Source of the DNA: Pyrinomonadaceae bacterium
Lineage (GTDB): Bacteria; Acidobacteriota; Blastocatellia; Pyrinomonadales; Pyrinomonadaceae
Direction: 5' to 3'
NCBI GenBank assembly: GCA_046313635.1
Contig: JBKBYA010000008.1
Span: forward strand, 64,001-128,000
DNA length: 64,000 bases
Positions 10,199 through 20,332 of this stretch are shown here, one piece after another. Below the pieces are notes generated by a model. That model had not been told where the DNA came from. It did not search any database and saw nothing but the letters and a program-made list of their open reading frames with translations. Every line of letters begins with the position of its first letter. Positions within the stretch are counted from its first letter, which is position 1. Both the position numbers and the translations under genes were made by a program.

Positions 10199-12739
10199 TC
10201 ATCTCTCGACGGCCTTTGCGGTCTCGGGTTCTTCGACGACCGGGGTCGAGTCGGCGTCGGTGCGGGCGTAGTAGTCGTAGTAGCTCGAGCCGTAGTACTC
10301 GTACTCCATCGAGCCTGACTTGATGCCGTTGAGGACGACGCCGTAGATGCGTGCGCCGAGGGTGGCGAGGCGCTGCTTGAAGCGGCGCATCAGGTGGAGC
10401 GAGCTCTTATTTGCCATCGCGACGAGAACGACGCCGTCGGTGATCGTCGCGAGGATGGCCGCGTCGGTAAACGATATCGCCGGCGGCGAATCGATGATCA
10501 CGTGCTTGAAGCGCCCGCGCAGGAATTGCAGCAGGTTTCGCATCTCCTGCGAGCTGAGCAGCTCGGCCGGATTCGGCGGGATCGGGCCGCTGGTGATCAC
10601 CTTCAGCCGCGGCAGTCCCGGATAGCTCTTGATCAGGTTGTCGATATTGCGCTCGCCCGAGAGATAGTTGGTCAGCCCCTGCGAGTTGTCCATTCCGAAA
10701 TAGTTATGGATGCGCGGGCGTCTGAGGTCGCAGTCGATGACGACGACGTCGGCCTCGGCCTGTGCGAGTGTGACGGCCGTGTTGATCGCGGTCGTCGTCT
10801 TGCCCTCGGAGGGCTGCGACGAGGTGACGAGTATCGTCTGCGGCGGCTTGCCGGCCGACGAAAAGAGCAGAGACGTCCGCAGGTGGCGGTAGGCCTCGGC
10901 CATCGGCGAGTGGCGCTCCTGCAGGGTGATCAAAGCGGCGCCGGGATTGCCGTTGCCGTCGGCCGCGGCCGGGACGAGAGCTGCCTGGCGGCGCTTTTCA
11001 CCGGTCAGATAGTGCGGGATAAGCGCCAGCGTCGGCAGACCGAGATGGCGTCCGATGTCGTCAGACGTCTTGACCGAGTCGTCGAGGTAGTCGAGCAGGA
11101 ATGCGAGACCGATGCCCGCCGCAAGCGAGAGAAACAGGGCGATGACGATGTTGCGCTCGCGCTTCGGGCCGATCGGCTGCGTCGGCACCACGGCCCTGTT
11201 TGAAACGACGATGTTGTTGGGCACGTCGCTCGTGAGTGCGAGCTCCTGTTCCTTTTGCCGCTGAATGTAGGTGTCGAGCAGCGTGCGCTTGGTCTCGATC
11301 GAGCGTTTGATGTTGGTCAGGTCGGTCATTACCTGCCCCTCGATATTGGCGCGGGCGGCCTCGGCCTGATAGGCCGCGAGTGCCTGGGCCTCCTGTGTGC
11401 GGGCCGCGCTGAGCTGCGAGCCGAGAGCGGTCAGAGCTCCTTTGACGGCGTCCTGCTCGATCTTTTTCTGATCGCGCTCGATGATGCTCGAGACCTCTTT
11501 TTCGGTCTGCTGCTTTGTCGCGTTGAGCGAGTTGATCCGCTCCTCGACCTGCCTGACCTTGAAATACTCGGGCGTGTATTTGACGAGCAGCTCGGCTTTT
11601 TCGGCCTCGGCCTCCTTGATCTGCTTTTCGATGTCGCGGATCTGGTCCTGCAGCTTCGCCTTACGCTCGGTGTTGAGCCGCATCGTGTCCTGAAAGACCT
11701 TGTTCTCGTAGAGGTCGGGGATGTTCATCCCCTCGCCGCGGGCGCTGGCCTGGACGGCCGCGTTATAGCGGGCCTCGATCTGCCGGCGGCCCTCCATCGC
11801 CTTGAGCCAGGTCTCGCTCAGAGACTGCAGGCGGCTGGCGTTGAGCTCCATTCCCTTTTCCTGCAGCGGCAGATTGGCGTCGCGCATCGCCTGGGTCAGC
11901 TTGGCCTCGTCGTTTCGGATGTCCTTGGTCAGCGAGTCGATCGACTTGCGAAGGTCTTCGTAAGCCTGACGGGCCCCGGCCGTCTGCCGGCGGGCGTCCT
12001 CCTCTTTAAAGGTGATCGCGAGCATATCCGCGACGCGCGCGGCCAGCGCGGGATTTTCGCTCTTGACGCTGATGTTGACGATATTTGTCCGCTCCACGGG
12101 CGAGACGGTCAGGCCCGAGCTGAGCGTCCCGGCAAACGCCGCGGCGCGGGCATCCTCCTCCGGCGTCAGGACGACCGCAGGAGCAGCGTCGGCGCCGGAC
12201 TGGTCCGGCACGTCGGTCACGACCGCGAGCGTCTTGTCGTCCGGCTGTGCCTGTTTCTCGCCCGACAGTACGGACTTGACGCCCGAGAGCAGCCCGCGGC
12301 CCTGCGCGCCGAGCGCGTCGGGATCGCGATAGATCCCGAGCTTGATGACGACGCGCTTCATCAGGTCGGGACTCTGGAGCAGCTGAAGCTGCGTGTTGGT
12401 GTAATTCGCGTCGTAGCCAAAATTGATATTGATCGAGTCCTTGTCGGTGACCTTCGGCTTGGGCGGCTCGATGACCATCTCGGCCGTAGCGAGATAGACC
12501 GACGGCTGCCGGTACATCCAGAGCGCGACCGCGGCGGTCACCACCAGGGCGAGCGTCAGGATGATCGGAAGCCGTTTGTAGACGACATTGATGTACTGCC
12601 TGATCGACCGCTTGCCCTCAAAATCCTCGTCGTAGAATGCGGCGTACCCCGGCGGGTATTCGCTCGGTGACGCGGGCTGGGCGGGCTGGATCTCAGCCGA
12701 TGTGCGGGGCAACGGCGTTAGCCTCTGATCGTTTTCCAT
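10199..12739 (-). CDS. Polysaccharide co-polymerase / tyrosine autokinase (Wzc/GumC family)
   Basis: Two TM segments around a coiled-coil periplasmic region; Walker A SSQPSEGKTT; DCDLRRP; IIDSPP; C-terminal Tyr cluster YEYYGSSYYDYY. Start chosen at MENDQ. Confidence 0.9.
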   Translation of the reverse strand: MENDQRLTPLPRTSAEIQPAQPASPSEYPPGYAAFYDEDFEGKRSIRQYINVVYKRLPIILTLALVVTAAVALWMYRQPSVYLATAEMVIEPPKPKVTDKDSININFGYDANYTNTQLQLLQSPDLMKRVVIKLGIYRDPDALGAQGRGLLSGVKSVLSGEKQAQPDDKTLAVVTDVPDQSGADAAPAVVLTPEEDARAAAFAGTLSSGLTVSPVERTNIVNISVKSENPALAARVADMLAITFKEEDARRQTAGARQAYEDLRKSIDSLTKDIRNDEAKLTQAMRDANLPLQEKGMELNASRLQSLSETWLKAMEGRRQIEARYNAAVQASARGEGMNIPDLYENKVFQDTMRLNTERKAKLQDQIRDIEKQIKEAEAEKAELLVKYTPEYFKVRQVEERINSLNATKQQTEKEVSSIIERDQKKIEQDAVKGALTALGSQLSAARTQEAQALAAYQAEAARANIEGQVMTDLTNIKRSIETKRTLLDTYIQRQKEQELALTSDVPNNIVVSNRAVVPTQPIGPKRERNIVIALFLSLAAGIGLAFLLDYLDDSVKTSDDIGRHLGLPTLALIPHYLTGEKRRQAALVPAAADGNGNPGAALITLQERHSPMAEAYRHLRTSLLFSSAGKPPQTILVTSSQPSEGKTTTAINTAVTLAQAEADVVVIDCDLRRPRIHNYFGMDNSQGLTNYLSGERNIDNLIKSYPGLPRLKVITSGPIPPNPAELLSSQEMRNLLQFLRGRFKHVIIDSPPAISFTDAAILATITDGVVLVAMANKSSLHLMRRFKQRLATLGARIYGVVLNGIKSGSMEYEYYGSSYYDYYARTDADSTPVVEEPETAKAVER

Positions 12740-12964
12740 ACTGCTCGATGAATATCTCAACGCGGGATATTCGGTGGTGGTCCCTCAATCTTCTTGTATC
12801 TTTTGGTTTATACCACACTCAAGGGCCTTTTTCACCATCTTACCGATCCTTGGCACCGCTCGCTGCGGCACGGCGTCGCCGGGCTCCGCGTTGTTTGGCG
12901 TCAGATGCGGATGATAGAATTGCTGTTTGCCCTTGAGACGCATTTTTAGGCAATAAAGATTGAT

Positions 12965-15900
12965 ATGCAGTTAGTTTCCGAAACGCCCGCCGCCGGTTTC
13001 GACTTTGAGCTCGGCATCGACGGATACCGATATTCAGACCTTTTTGACGCGGTCAAGCTCGGCGAGCTGGCCGAACGCTTTTATGCCGAGGTCGACCAAA
13101 GTCTGCCCGCCACGGGCGAGGCACTGCGCAGGTACATCGCCGCGCGCGGCCGCGGATTTGAGAAGCGGGCCGAGTCCAAACTGCTGACCGACGCCGCTCC
13201 GCTGCTGTCGAATTTTGTCGCGCGGATGTTTGGCATCACCAAAGAGCGCGAGCGGCTCGAGGCCGAGATCCTCGAGCAGGAACCCATCTGGCGATACAAG
13301 TTCTTTGTCCAGCGCCGGGCGATCAAGCGATACAAGGCCGAGCAGGCGGCCGGGCTTAACGAGAACGAATTGTGGCTCGCGGTGACCGAGCTTCGCAACG
13401 CGGGGTTTGACGACACGATCCGCTTTGATGAAGAGCTTTCGATCGCGACGATGACCGCCGAACTGCTCGACGCCGAGGCGGCGCTGACCAAGGGCACGGA
13501 GCTCACGCCCGAGCAGTCGGCCGCGGTCCGCAAGGTGCACACCGCTTACGACAAGCTCAAGGACAAGACTTTTGGCCGGATCTTTTCGGAATATCTCGTC
13601 GCCGAAGACGCGTCAGGCGACGTCGCCGCCATCAAGGCCGCTCTGCATCTGCTCGAGGCCTGGTCGGCCGCGGCATTCTTTAACAAGTCGCGCCGCTGGC
13701 ACTCTTTCAAAACGCCGCACGCGCTCGATTACCAGAATCTCGTCCATCTCATCCGCCCGTTCAAAGAGAACCCAAACATAATGCAGGCCCCGGTCGACAT
13801 CCTGCGCCGCCGAGACGGCTTTAAGCTGACCGACGACCGAGGCACGATGCGCGATGCGCTCTACGAGATCGACTACTGCATGATCTGCCACGAGCGTGAC
13901 AAGGACTCGTGCTCGACAGGCCTGCGCGAGCCGGACGGCACCGCCAAGCGCAATCCGCTCGGCATCAAGACCGAGGGCTGCCCGCTGGACGAAAAGATCT
14001 CGGAGATGCACCTCTTGAAAAAGCAGGGCGACCCGATCGCGTCGCTCGCGCTCGTGACCATCGACAACCCGATGTGCGCCGGCACCGGCCATCGAATCTG
14101 CAACGACTGTATGAAGGGCTGCATCTTTCAAAAGCAGGAGCCCGTCAATATCCCGCTCGCCGAGACCGCGTCGCTGACCGACGTTTTGCAGCTGCCGTAC
14201 GGATTTGAGATCTACAGCCTGCTCGCGCGCTGGAACCCGCTCGACGCCAAACGCCCGTACCCGCAGCCGTACAACGGCAAGAACGTAATGGTCGTCGGCC
14301 TCGGGCCCGCCGGTTACACGCTCGCGCATTATCTGCTCAACGAGGGCTTCGGTGTCGTCGGCATCGACGGGCTCAAGATCGAGCCGCTCCCGGCCGAATG
14401 GACCGGCAACCTCGGCACCACGTGCCCGAAACCGATCAAGGACATCAAGGAGATCACCGAGGAGCTCGACGAGCGCATCCTGTCGGGCTTTGGCGGCGTG
14501 TCGGAGTACGGCATCACCGTTCGGTGGGACAAGAACTTCCTGACGATGATCCAGCTGATGCTGATGCGCCGCAAACGCTTTCGAGCTTACGGCGGCGTCC
14601 GCTTTGGCGGGACGCTGACGATCGAGGACGCGTGGGAATACGGCTTTGACCACATCGCGATCGCGACCGGTGCGGGCCGGCCGACGATCGTGCCGATGAA
14701 GAATAATCTCATCCGCGGCATCCGCCAGGCGTCGGACTTCCTGATGGCGCTGCAGCTCACCGGCGCTTTCAAGAAGGACACGCTATCGAATCTTCAGGTC
14801 CGAATGCCGGCGGTCGTCATCGGCGGCGGCCTGACAGGCATCGACACGGCCACCGAGCTGTTTGCGTACTACCCGGTGCAGGTCGAGAAGATGCTCGCCA
14901 ATTTTGAACTCCTGGTTGACGAGTACGGCGAAGAAAAGGTCTGGCAGAGATTTGACGACGAAGAAAAAGCCGTGCTCGCCGAATTTCTCGAGCACGGCCG
15001 CGCCGTTCGTGACGAACGCGAGCGTGCCCGCAAGGTCGGCGAGGTGCCGAACTTCATCCCGCTCGTCCGCTCGTGGGGCGGCGTCTCGCTCGTCTACCGC
15101 AAGCGTCTGCAGGACTCGCCCGCCTATCGCCTCAATCACGAAGAGGTGCAGAAGGCGCTCGAAGAGGGCATCAATTTTGTCGAGTGCATGAACCCGACCG
15201 AGGCCGTGCCGGACGAGTACGGAGCGGTCAAGGCGATCAAATTCGAGCGGCTGAACTACGTCGCCGAGACGGGCAAATTCGAGAATACGGGCGAGCTCGT
15301 CGAGTTTGCCGCCCGCACGGTTTGCGTCGCGGCCGGAACGTCGCCGAACGTCATTTACGAGAAGGAAAAGCCGGGCACATTCGAGCTCGACGAGTGGCGG
15401 CAGTTCTTCCGGCCGTACAAGGCGGTAAAGAACGACGACGGCAAATTTCGCCTCGAGCCCGTCCAAAAGGGCGAGGCCGGATTCTTCACCTCGTACCAGC
15501 ATGGCGGCAAGCTCATCTCGTACTACGGCGACAATCACCCGCAGTACGCCGGAAACGTCGTCAAGGCGATGGCGTCGGCCAAGCACGGTTATGAGCGGGT
15601 CGTCGAGCTCTTTGCCGACGAGCTCGCCGAGCGGGGCACGCTGCCGCAGTCTGAGCGCGACGCGATATTCGACAAGCTGGTCGCGACGCTCGACGAGCAG
15701 CTTCGCGCGTACGTCGTCCGTGTCGAGCGGCTCACGCCGACGATCGTCGATGTCGTCGTCAAGGCTCCGCTGCAGGCGCGCAAATTCAGGCCGGGGCAGT
15801 TTTACCGTTTGCAAAATTTTGAGACAAAGGCTCCCGTCATCGAGGGCAAGCGAATGATGATGGAAGGCCTCGCTCTCACCGGCGCGTGGGTCGACGAAAA

Positions 15901-16690
15901 AGAAGGATTGCTCTCGATGATCGTCCTCGAGATGGGCACGTCGTCGCGTCTCGTCTCACTGCTTAAGGAGGGCGAGGAAGTTCTCGTCATGGGCCCGACC
16001 GGCACGCCGACCGAGATCCCGGAGAACGAGACGGTAATGCTCGCCGGCGGCGGCCTCGGCAACGCGGTTCTCTTCTCGATCGCACGCGAGCTGAAAGAGA
16101 AAAATAATCACGTCGTATATTTCGCCGGCTACAAGAACGGAATGGACCTCTTCCGCCGCGAGGAGATCGAGAAGGCGACCGATCAGGTCGTCTGGGCCAC
16201 CGACGCCGGCGTCGCCATCCAGCCAAAGCGCCCGCAGGACGCGCACTTCCGCGGCAACATCGTCGAGGCGATGGTCGCCTATGCCGAAGGCAAACTGGGC
16301 GAGCCGGTCGTGCACTTCGGCGAGATCGACCGCATCATCGCGATCGGCTCAGACCGGATGATGAACGGCGTCCGCGAAGCGCGTCATTCGGTCCTCAAGC
16401 CCTACCTCAAGCAGCAGCACACCGCGATCGGCTCGATCAACTCGCCGATGCAGTGCATGATGAAAGAGGTCTGCGCGCAGTGCCTGCAGCGTCACGTCAA
16501 CCCGCACACGGGCGAAGAATTTTTTGTCTTCTCGTGCTTTAACCAGGACCAGCATCTCGACTTTGTCGACTTCAAAAACCTCAACGACCGCCTGCGTGCA
16601 AACAGCATTCAGGAAAAGCTGACGAATATGTGGCTCGACCGTGCGTTCGGCCGCGAAGACTTCAAGCGACTGTACGGCGCTGCAAATTAG
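12965..16690 (+). CDS. Fused FAD/Fe-S oxidoreductase (GltD/NfnB-like plus C-terminal FNR/NfnA-PyrK-like)
   Basis: Cys clusters CMICH...C, GCP and C...ICNDCMKGC; Rossmann motifs GLGPAG and GGGLTG; C-terminal PGQF, GPTG, GGGLG and CMMKEVCAQC. Confidence 0.85.
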   Translation: MQLVSETPAAGFDFELGIDGYRYSDLFDAVKLGELAERFYAEVDQSLPATGEALRRYIAARGRGFEKRAESKLLTDAAPLLSNFVARMFGITKERERLEAEILEQEPIWRYKFFVQRRAIKRYKAEQAAGLNENELWLAVTELRNAGFDDTIRFDEELSIATMTAELLDAEAALTKGTELTPEQSAAVRKVHTAYDKLKDKTFGRIFSEYLVAEDASGDVAAIKAALHLLEAWSAAAFFNKSRRWHSFKTPHALDYQNLVHLIRPFKENPNIMQAPVDILRRRDGFKLTDDRGTMRDALYEIDYCMICHERDKDSCSTGLREPDGTAKRNPLGIKTEGCPLDEKISEMHLLKKQGDPIASLALVTIDNPMCAGTGHRICNDCMKGCIFQKQEPVNIPLAETASLTDVLQLPYGFEIYSLLARWNPLDAKRPYPQPYNGKNVMVVGLGPAGYTLAHYLLNEGFGVVGIDGLKIEPLPAEWTGNLGTTCPKPIKDIKEITEELDERILSGFGGVSEYGITVRWDKNFLTMIQLMLMRRKRFRAYGGVRFGGTLTIEDAWEYGFDHIAIATGAGRPTIVPMKNNLIRGIRQASDFLMALQLTGAFKKDTLSNLQVRMPAVVIGGGLTGIDTATELFAYYPVQVEKMLANFELLVDEYGEEKVWQRFDDEEKAVLAEFLEHGRAVRDERERARKVGEVPNFIPLVRSWGGVSLVYRKRLQDSPAYRLNHEEVQKALEEGINFVECMNPTEAVPDEYGAVKAIKFERLNYVAETGKFENTGELVEFAARTVCVAAGTSPNVIYEKEKPGTFELDEWRQFFRPYKAVKNDDGKFRLEPVQKGEAGFFTSYQHGGKLISYYGDNHPQYAGNVVKAMASAKHGYERVVELFADELAERGTLPQSERDAIFDKLVATLDEQLRAYVVRVERLTPTIVDVVVKAPLQARKFRPGQFYRLQNFETKAPVIEGKRMMMEGLALTGAWVDEKEGLLSMIVLEMGTSSRLVSLLKEGEEVLVMGPTGTPTEIPENETVMLAGGGLGNAVLFSIARELKEKNNHVVYFAGYKNGMDLFRREEIEKATDQVVWATDAGVAIQPKRPQDAHFRGNIVEAMVAYAEGKLGEPVVHFGEIDRIIAIGSDRMMNGVREARHSVLKPYLKQQHTAIGSINSPMQCMMKEVCAQCLQRHVNPHTGEEFFVFSCFNQDQHLDFVDFKNLNDRLRANSIQEKLTNMWLDRAFGREDFKRLYGAAN

Positions 16691-16710
16691 GCTAGAACCT
16701 CGGGTACAAC

Positions 16711-16778
16711 TGATAGGTGATAGCTGATAACTGAGTATGAATTCCTACTCGAGTTATCGGTTATCACCTATCATTTTT
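16711..16778 (+). terminator. Heptamer-repeat hairpin followed by a T-tract
   Basis: TGATAGG TGATAGC TGATAAC pairs with GTTATC GGTTATC ACCTATCA, then TTTTT; lies between convergent genes. Confidence 0.7.
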
Positions 16779-17800
16779 CAGTTATTCCGGAGAATATGTG
16801 GGGACTCCACACGCCCGACGGTTTCGCCGCGGCGATTCAGTATCTTCATCGGCGACAGTTCGGACAGTTGATCGTCGGCGAGTATGCCGAGCGATCTCAG
16901 GATGGCGACCGCGGCGACGGGACGTGCGCGGCGGTCGTCGCCGTCTTCGACCTTCATCGCGATGGCGAGACCGGCCGGATGTTTTTCGTTCGGCAGGACC
17001 CCGCAGAGCCAGACGCCCTCGGCGCCGACCTTTGAGATGAGCTTTCCGGGAGCGGCCTGCATCAACATCGTGTCGAGGCGTTCGGTGCCGCCGATCAGGT
17101 GCGGGTAGTTGATAAAGGCATTGACGATGCGCCGGCAGGCGGCTCTTGTCGCGTCGTCGAACGAGTCGGGCGGGTTGATCAGGTTGGCAAAGCTCCTCGC
17201 CATCGCCGAGAGCGGCAGAGCGAAGTTCGGCGCGGCGCAGCCGTCGATCGCGATCGGGATCGACTCGGCTTTTATCTCGGCAAATCGCGCCATCGTTCGG
17301 AGTATCTCGATCTGTATCGGATGCGACGGCGAATCGTAATTCGCAGGATCGGCGTCGATGTGCCTTGCGAACGCAAGCATCGCGGCGTGCTTGCCCGAGC
17401 AGTTGTTGTGGAGCTGCGTCGGACGGACTCCTTCGCGGATCATCCGCTCGGCCTCGGCTTCGTTAAACGGCAGGTGCGGGCCGCATCTAAGATCGGCCTC
17501 GGTAAATCCGGCCTTGGCCAGCATCGCCGCGGCGTGCTCGACGTGGACCGCCTCGCCCGAGTGCGACGCGCACGCCATCGCGATCTCTGCGTCGCTAAAA
17601 CCAAAACGATCGGCCGCGCCGCTCGTGATTAAGGGCATCGCCTGAAACGGCTTGGCCGACGAGCGTATGAAGGTGACGTGCTCGGGATCGCCTGCCGAAA
17701 AGACCGTTTTGCCTTCGCCTTCGACGATGACGATGTGCCCGCGATGGACCGACTCGAGCCGGTCGCCGCGAACGACCTCGGCGAGGATTACGCTTTGCAT
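16778..17800 (-). CDS. L-asparaginase II (Rhizobium AnsA-type)
   Basis: RSSAKPFQA, HNNCSGKHA, DGC and KVGAEG motifs. Confidence 0.9.
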   Translation of the reverse strand: MQSVILAEVVRGDRLESVHRGHIVIVEGEGKTVFSAGDPEHVTFIRSSAKPFQAMPLITSGAADRFGFSDAEIAMACASHSGEAVHVEHAAAMLAKAGFTEADLRCGPHLPFNEAEAERMIREGVRPTQLHNNCSGKHAAMLAFARHIDADPANYDSPSHPIQIEILRTMARFAEIKAESIPIAIDGCAAPNFALPLSAMARSFANLINPPDSFDDATRAACRRIVNAFINYPHLIGGTERLDTMLMQAAPGKLISKVGAEGVWLCGVLPNEKHPAGLAIAMKVEDGDDRRARPVAAVAILRSLGILADDQLSELSPMKILNRRGETVGRVESPHILRNN

Positions 17801-17850
17801 CGGATGACGTGTACTCCCATATGGCGATGTATTGTCCGGTATGAAATTTT

Positions 17851-18048
17851 TGCCGCGGATGTTCGCCGACGGCGCGGATAAGGGTGTAGGTGGTCGAGCT
17901 GGATCCCTGCGTCCTTTTCAAGTCTCATCCGCGCCATCCGCGAATGTCCGCGGCAAAAGTTCTCTTTGTTTCGCGCCTCTTGCGTGTTTCGTAGGCGATT
18001 CCTGACCGCGGCCTGAGAACCCATCCGCTTACGCGGGCTTGTTATGAC
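17851..18048. repeat. Compound palindromic repeat cluster at the recN 3' end
   Basis: TGCCGCGGAT...GCGCGGATAAG is inverted with CTCATCCGCGCC...TCCGCGGCA; includes a degenerate REP-like copy GAACCCATCCGCTTACGCGGGCTTGTTATGAC at 18017-18048. Confidence 0.7.
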
Positions 18049-19799
18049 TAGCGGGCGGCGAGCAGCTCTTTGGCGTGCTTGCGGGCCGTGTCAGAGACGG
18101 TCTCGCCGGCGAGCATGCGGGCGATCTCTTCGACGCGTTCGGTCTTTGAGAGTTCGCGGATCTGCACCGTCGTACGGCCGCGATCGATCGATTTGCTGAC
18201 GGCGAAGTGGCGGTCTGCGAGCGATGCGATCTGCGGCTGGTGCGTGACGCAGAGCACCTGCTGCGAGCGGCTGAGCTCTTTGAGCTTTAGCCCGACGGCC
18301 TCGGCCACTCGGCCGCCGATGCCGACGTCGACCTCGTCAAAGACCGCGGCCTTGCCGGCAGTCTGCGCCTTACTGACCGTCTTGACGATCAGCATCAGAC
18401 GCGACGCCTCGCCGCCCGATGCGACGCGGGCGAGCGGCTTGGGCGACTCGCCGGGATTGGCCGAGAAATAGAACTCGACGCGGTCATAGCCGCGCGGCGA
18501 GAAGTATCTTTCCGCGGCGTCGTCTCCGACAGAAGAGGCACGCTCGGTTGCGGTCGCGTTTCTGCCCGGGGTTTCGTTCTCTGACTCGAACGGTGAGTCA
18601 ATGACGACCTTGAAACGCGCCTTTTCGAGAGCGACGGCCTTGAGTTCCTTTTCGGTTTCTTTTTCGAATCTCGCGGCCGCCTTGAGACGCGCGTCGTGCA
18701 GCTCGCCAGCGGCGGCGACGAATTCGCTTCTCGCCTCGTCGAGCTTTTTCTTGATCTGCTCCTCGTGAAACTCGGCGTTCTCGATCGAGTCCAGCTTCTG
18801 CTTCGACTCGGCGAGATGCTCGAGCACGGCGTCGATCGAGTCGCCGTATTTGCGTTTGAGCCGCGAGATCTCGGCAAGTCGTTGCTCGATCTCTTCGAGC
18901 CGCTCGGGCGAGAATTCGAGATGCGAAGAAAAGTCGCGCAGCGAGATCGCGAGGTCCGAGATCACGGCCTCGGCGTCGCGGAGCTGCTCGATGTAAGGCG
19001 CGAAGCGGCTGTCGTAGCGGGCGAGCTCCTCGACCTTGCGAGCCGCGCGCTCGAGCGTGGTGGTCGTCGACTCGGCGTTGTCGTAGAGCAGCGCGTACGA
19101 GTCTTCGCTGAGGCTCGAGAGCTTTTCGACGTTGTTGAGCCGGCGCTTTTCTTCTTCGAGCTCGACGTCCTCGCCGCTCTTCAAATGTGCCTTGCCGATC
19201 TCGTCGACCTGGAATTTCAGTATGTCGACAAGCTGCAGCTTTTCGGCCTCGTTCTGCCGAAGCGCGGCGAGCTCGCCGCGTATCTCGCTCCAGCGGCGAT
19301 ACGATCCGGCGACCTTTGCGCGCAGCGGCGCGAGGCGGCCGAATTCGTCTAAGAATTCGAGATGCGTCGACGTGTCAAACAAGGCGGCCTGCTCGCCCTG
19401 GCCGTGAATGTCGACGAGCAGCGAGCCGATGCGCTTGAGCAGGCCCTGGGTCGCAAGCTGGTTGTTGACGAAAATTCGATTCTTGCCCGAGCGCGAGAGT
19501 TCGCGGCGGATGATGATCTCGACATCGGTACCGTCCTCGAGCTCGATGCCCGCCTCGTCAAACGATCGCCGAAGCTCGTCGGTCGCGCGTACGGCAAACA
19601 GGCCCTCGATCCGCGCCGCGTCTTCGCCCTCCTTGATCAGGTCGGATGAGACGCGATCGCCCGTCAGCGAGCCGAGGCTGTCGACGATGATCGATTTGCC
19701 CGAGCCGGTCTCGCCCGTGAGCAGATTGAGCCCCGGGCCAAACTCGACCTCGAGCTGATCGATAAGCGCGATGTTGCGGATCTTGAGCAGATTCAGCAT
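18048..19799 (-). CDS. recN: DNA repair protein RecN
   Basis: LTGETGSGKS, DIHGQ, ASGGEASRLML, FDEVDVGIGG, CVTHQPQIA. Confidence 0.97.
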   Translation of the reverse strand: MLNLLKIRNIALIDQLEVEFGPGLNLLTGETGSGKSIIVDSLGSLTGDRVSSDLIKEGEDAARIEGLFAVRATDELRRSFDEAGIELEDGTDVEIIIRRELSRSGKNRIFVNNQLATQGLLKRIGSLLVDIHGQGEQAALFDTSTHLEFLDEFGRLAPLRAKVAGSYRRWSEIRGELAALRQNEAEKLQLVDILKFQVDEIGKAHLKSGEDVELEEEKRRLNNVEKLSSLSEDSYALLYDNAESTTTTLERAARKVEELARYDSRFAPYIEQLRDAEAVISDLAISLRDFSSHLEFSPERLEEIEQRLAEISRLKRKYGDSIDAVLEHLAESKQKLDSIENAEFHEEQIKKKLDEARSEFVAAAGELHDARLKAAARFEKETEKELKAVALEKARFKVVIDSPFESENETPGRNATATERASSVGDDAAERYFSPRGYDRVEFYFSANPGESPKPLARVASGGEASRLMLIVKTVSKAQTAGKAAVFDEVDVGIGGRVAEAVGLKLKELSRSQQVLCVTHQPQIASLADRHFAVSKSIDRGRTTVQIRELSKTERVEEIARMLAGETVSDTARKHAKELLAAR

Positions 19800-19861
19800 A
19801 CGACGGCGACGCGTGGAAAATCAGAATAAGGTTTTTCGCCGCCGCGTGTCCATTTGCGCAG

Positions 19862-20139
19862 GTCAGAACCGCCCCGCGTAAGCGGGCGGGCTCCTGAGCG
19901 ACGGCAGAGAACTGCCCGCGAAAAACGCGAAAGGCCGCGAAAGGAAAGAAGAATTATCCGCCGCGGATCATCGCGGATAGCGCGGATAAGAAGTGATCAA
20001 AAACCAATTTCATTCTTATCCGCGCTTTCCGCGGTTTCCACGGCAAAACGGTTTTCGTTTTCGCGGGCTTTCGCGTTTTTCGCGGGCGATTCTTTTGCGC
20101 GGACCAAGAACCCACCCGCTCACGCGGGGCGGTTCTGAC
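19862..20139. repeat. Nested triple inverted repeat (about 280 bp compound hairpin)
   Basis: Outer arms 19862-19890/20111-20139, middle arms 19914-19942/20059-20087, inner arms 19960-19992/20013-20044. Confidence 0.85.
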
Positions 20140-20327
20140 TTGGGGAACCCGCCCGCTCACGCGGGGCGGTTCTGACTTGGGGAACCCACCCGCTCACGCG
20201 GGGTGGTTCTGACTTGGGGAACCCGCCCGCTGACGCGGGGTGGTTCTGACTTGGGGAACCCACCCGCTCACGCGGGGCGGTTCTGACTTGGGGAACCCGC
20301 CCGCTGACGCGAGGCGGTTCTGACTTG
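20108..20327. repeat. Six tandem 37-bp REP-like units
   Basis: Unit GAACCCRCCCGCTSACGCGRGGYGGTTCTGACTTGGG starts at 20108, 20145, 20182, 20219, 20256 and 20293. Confidence 0.95.
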
Positions 20328-20332
20328 TATGG

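Noticed and set aside
20108..20327. 37-bp tandem as a second CRISPR array
   Set aside because: The units are contiguous with no unique spacers, and the same motif occurs dispersed as REP-like copies.
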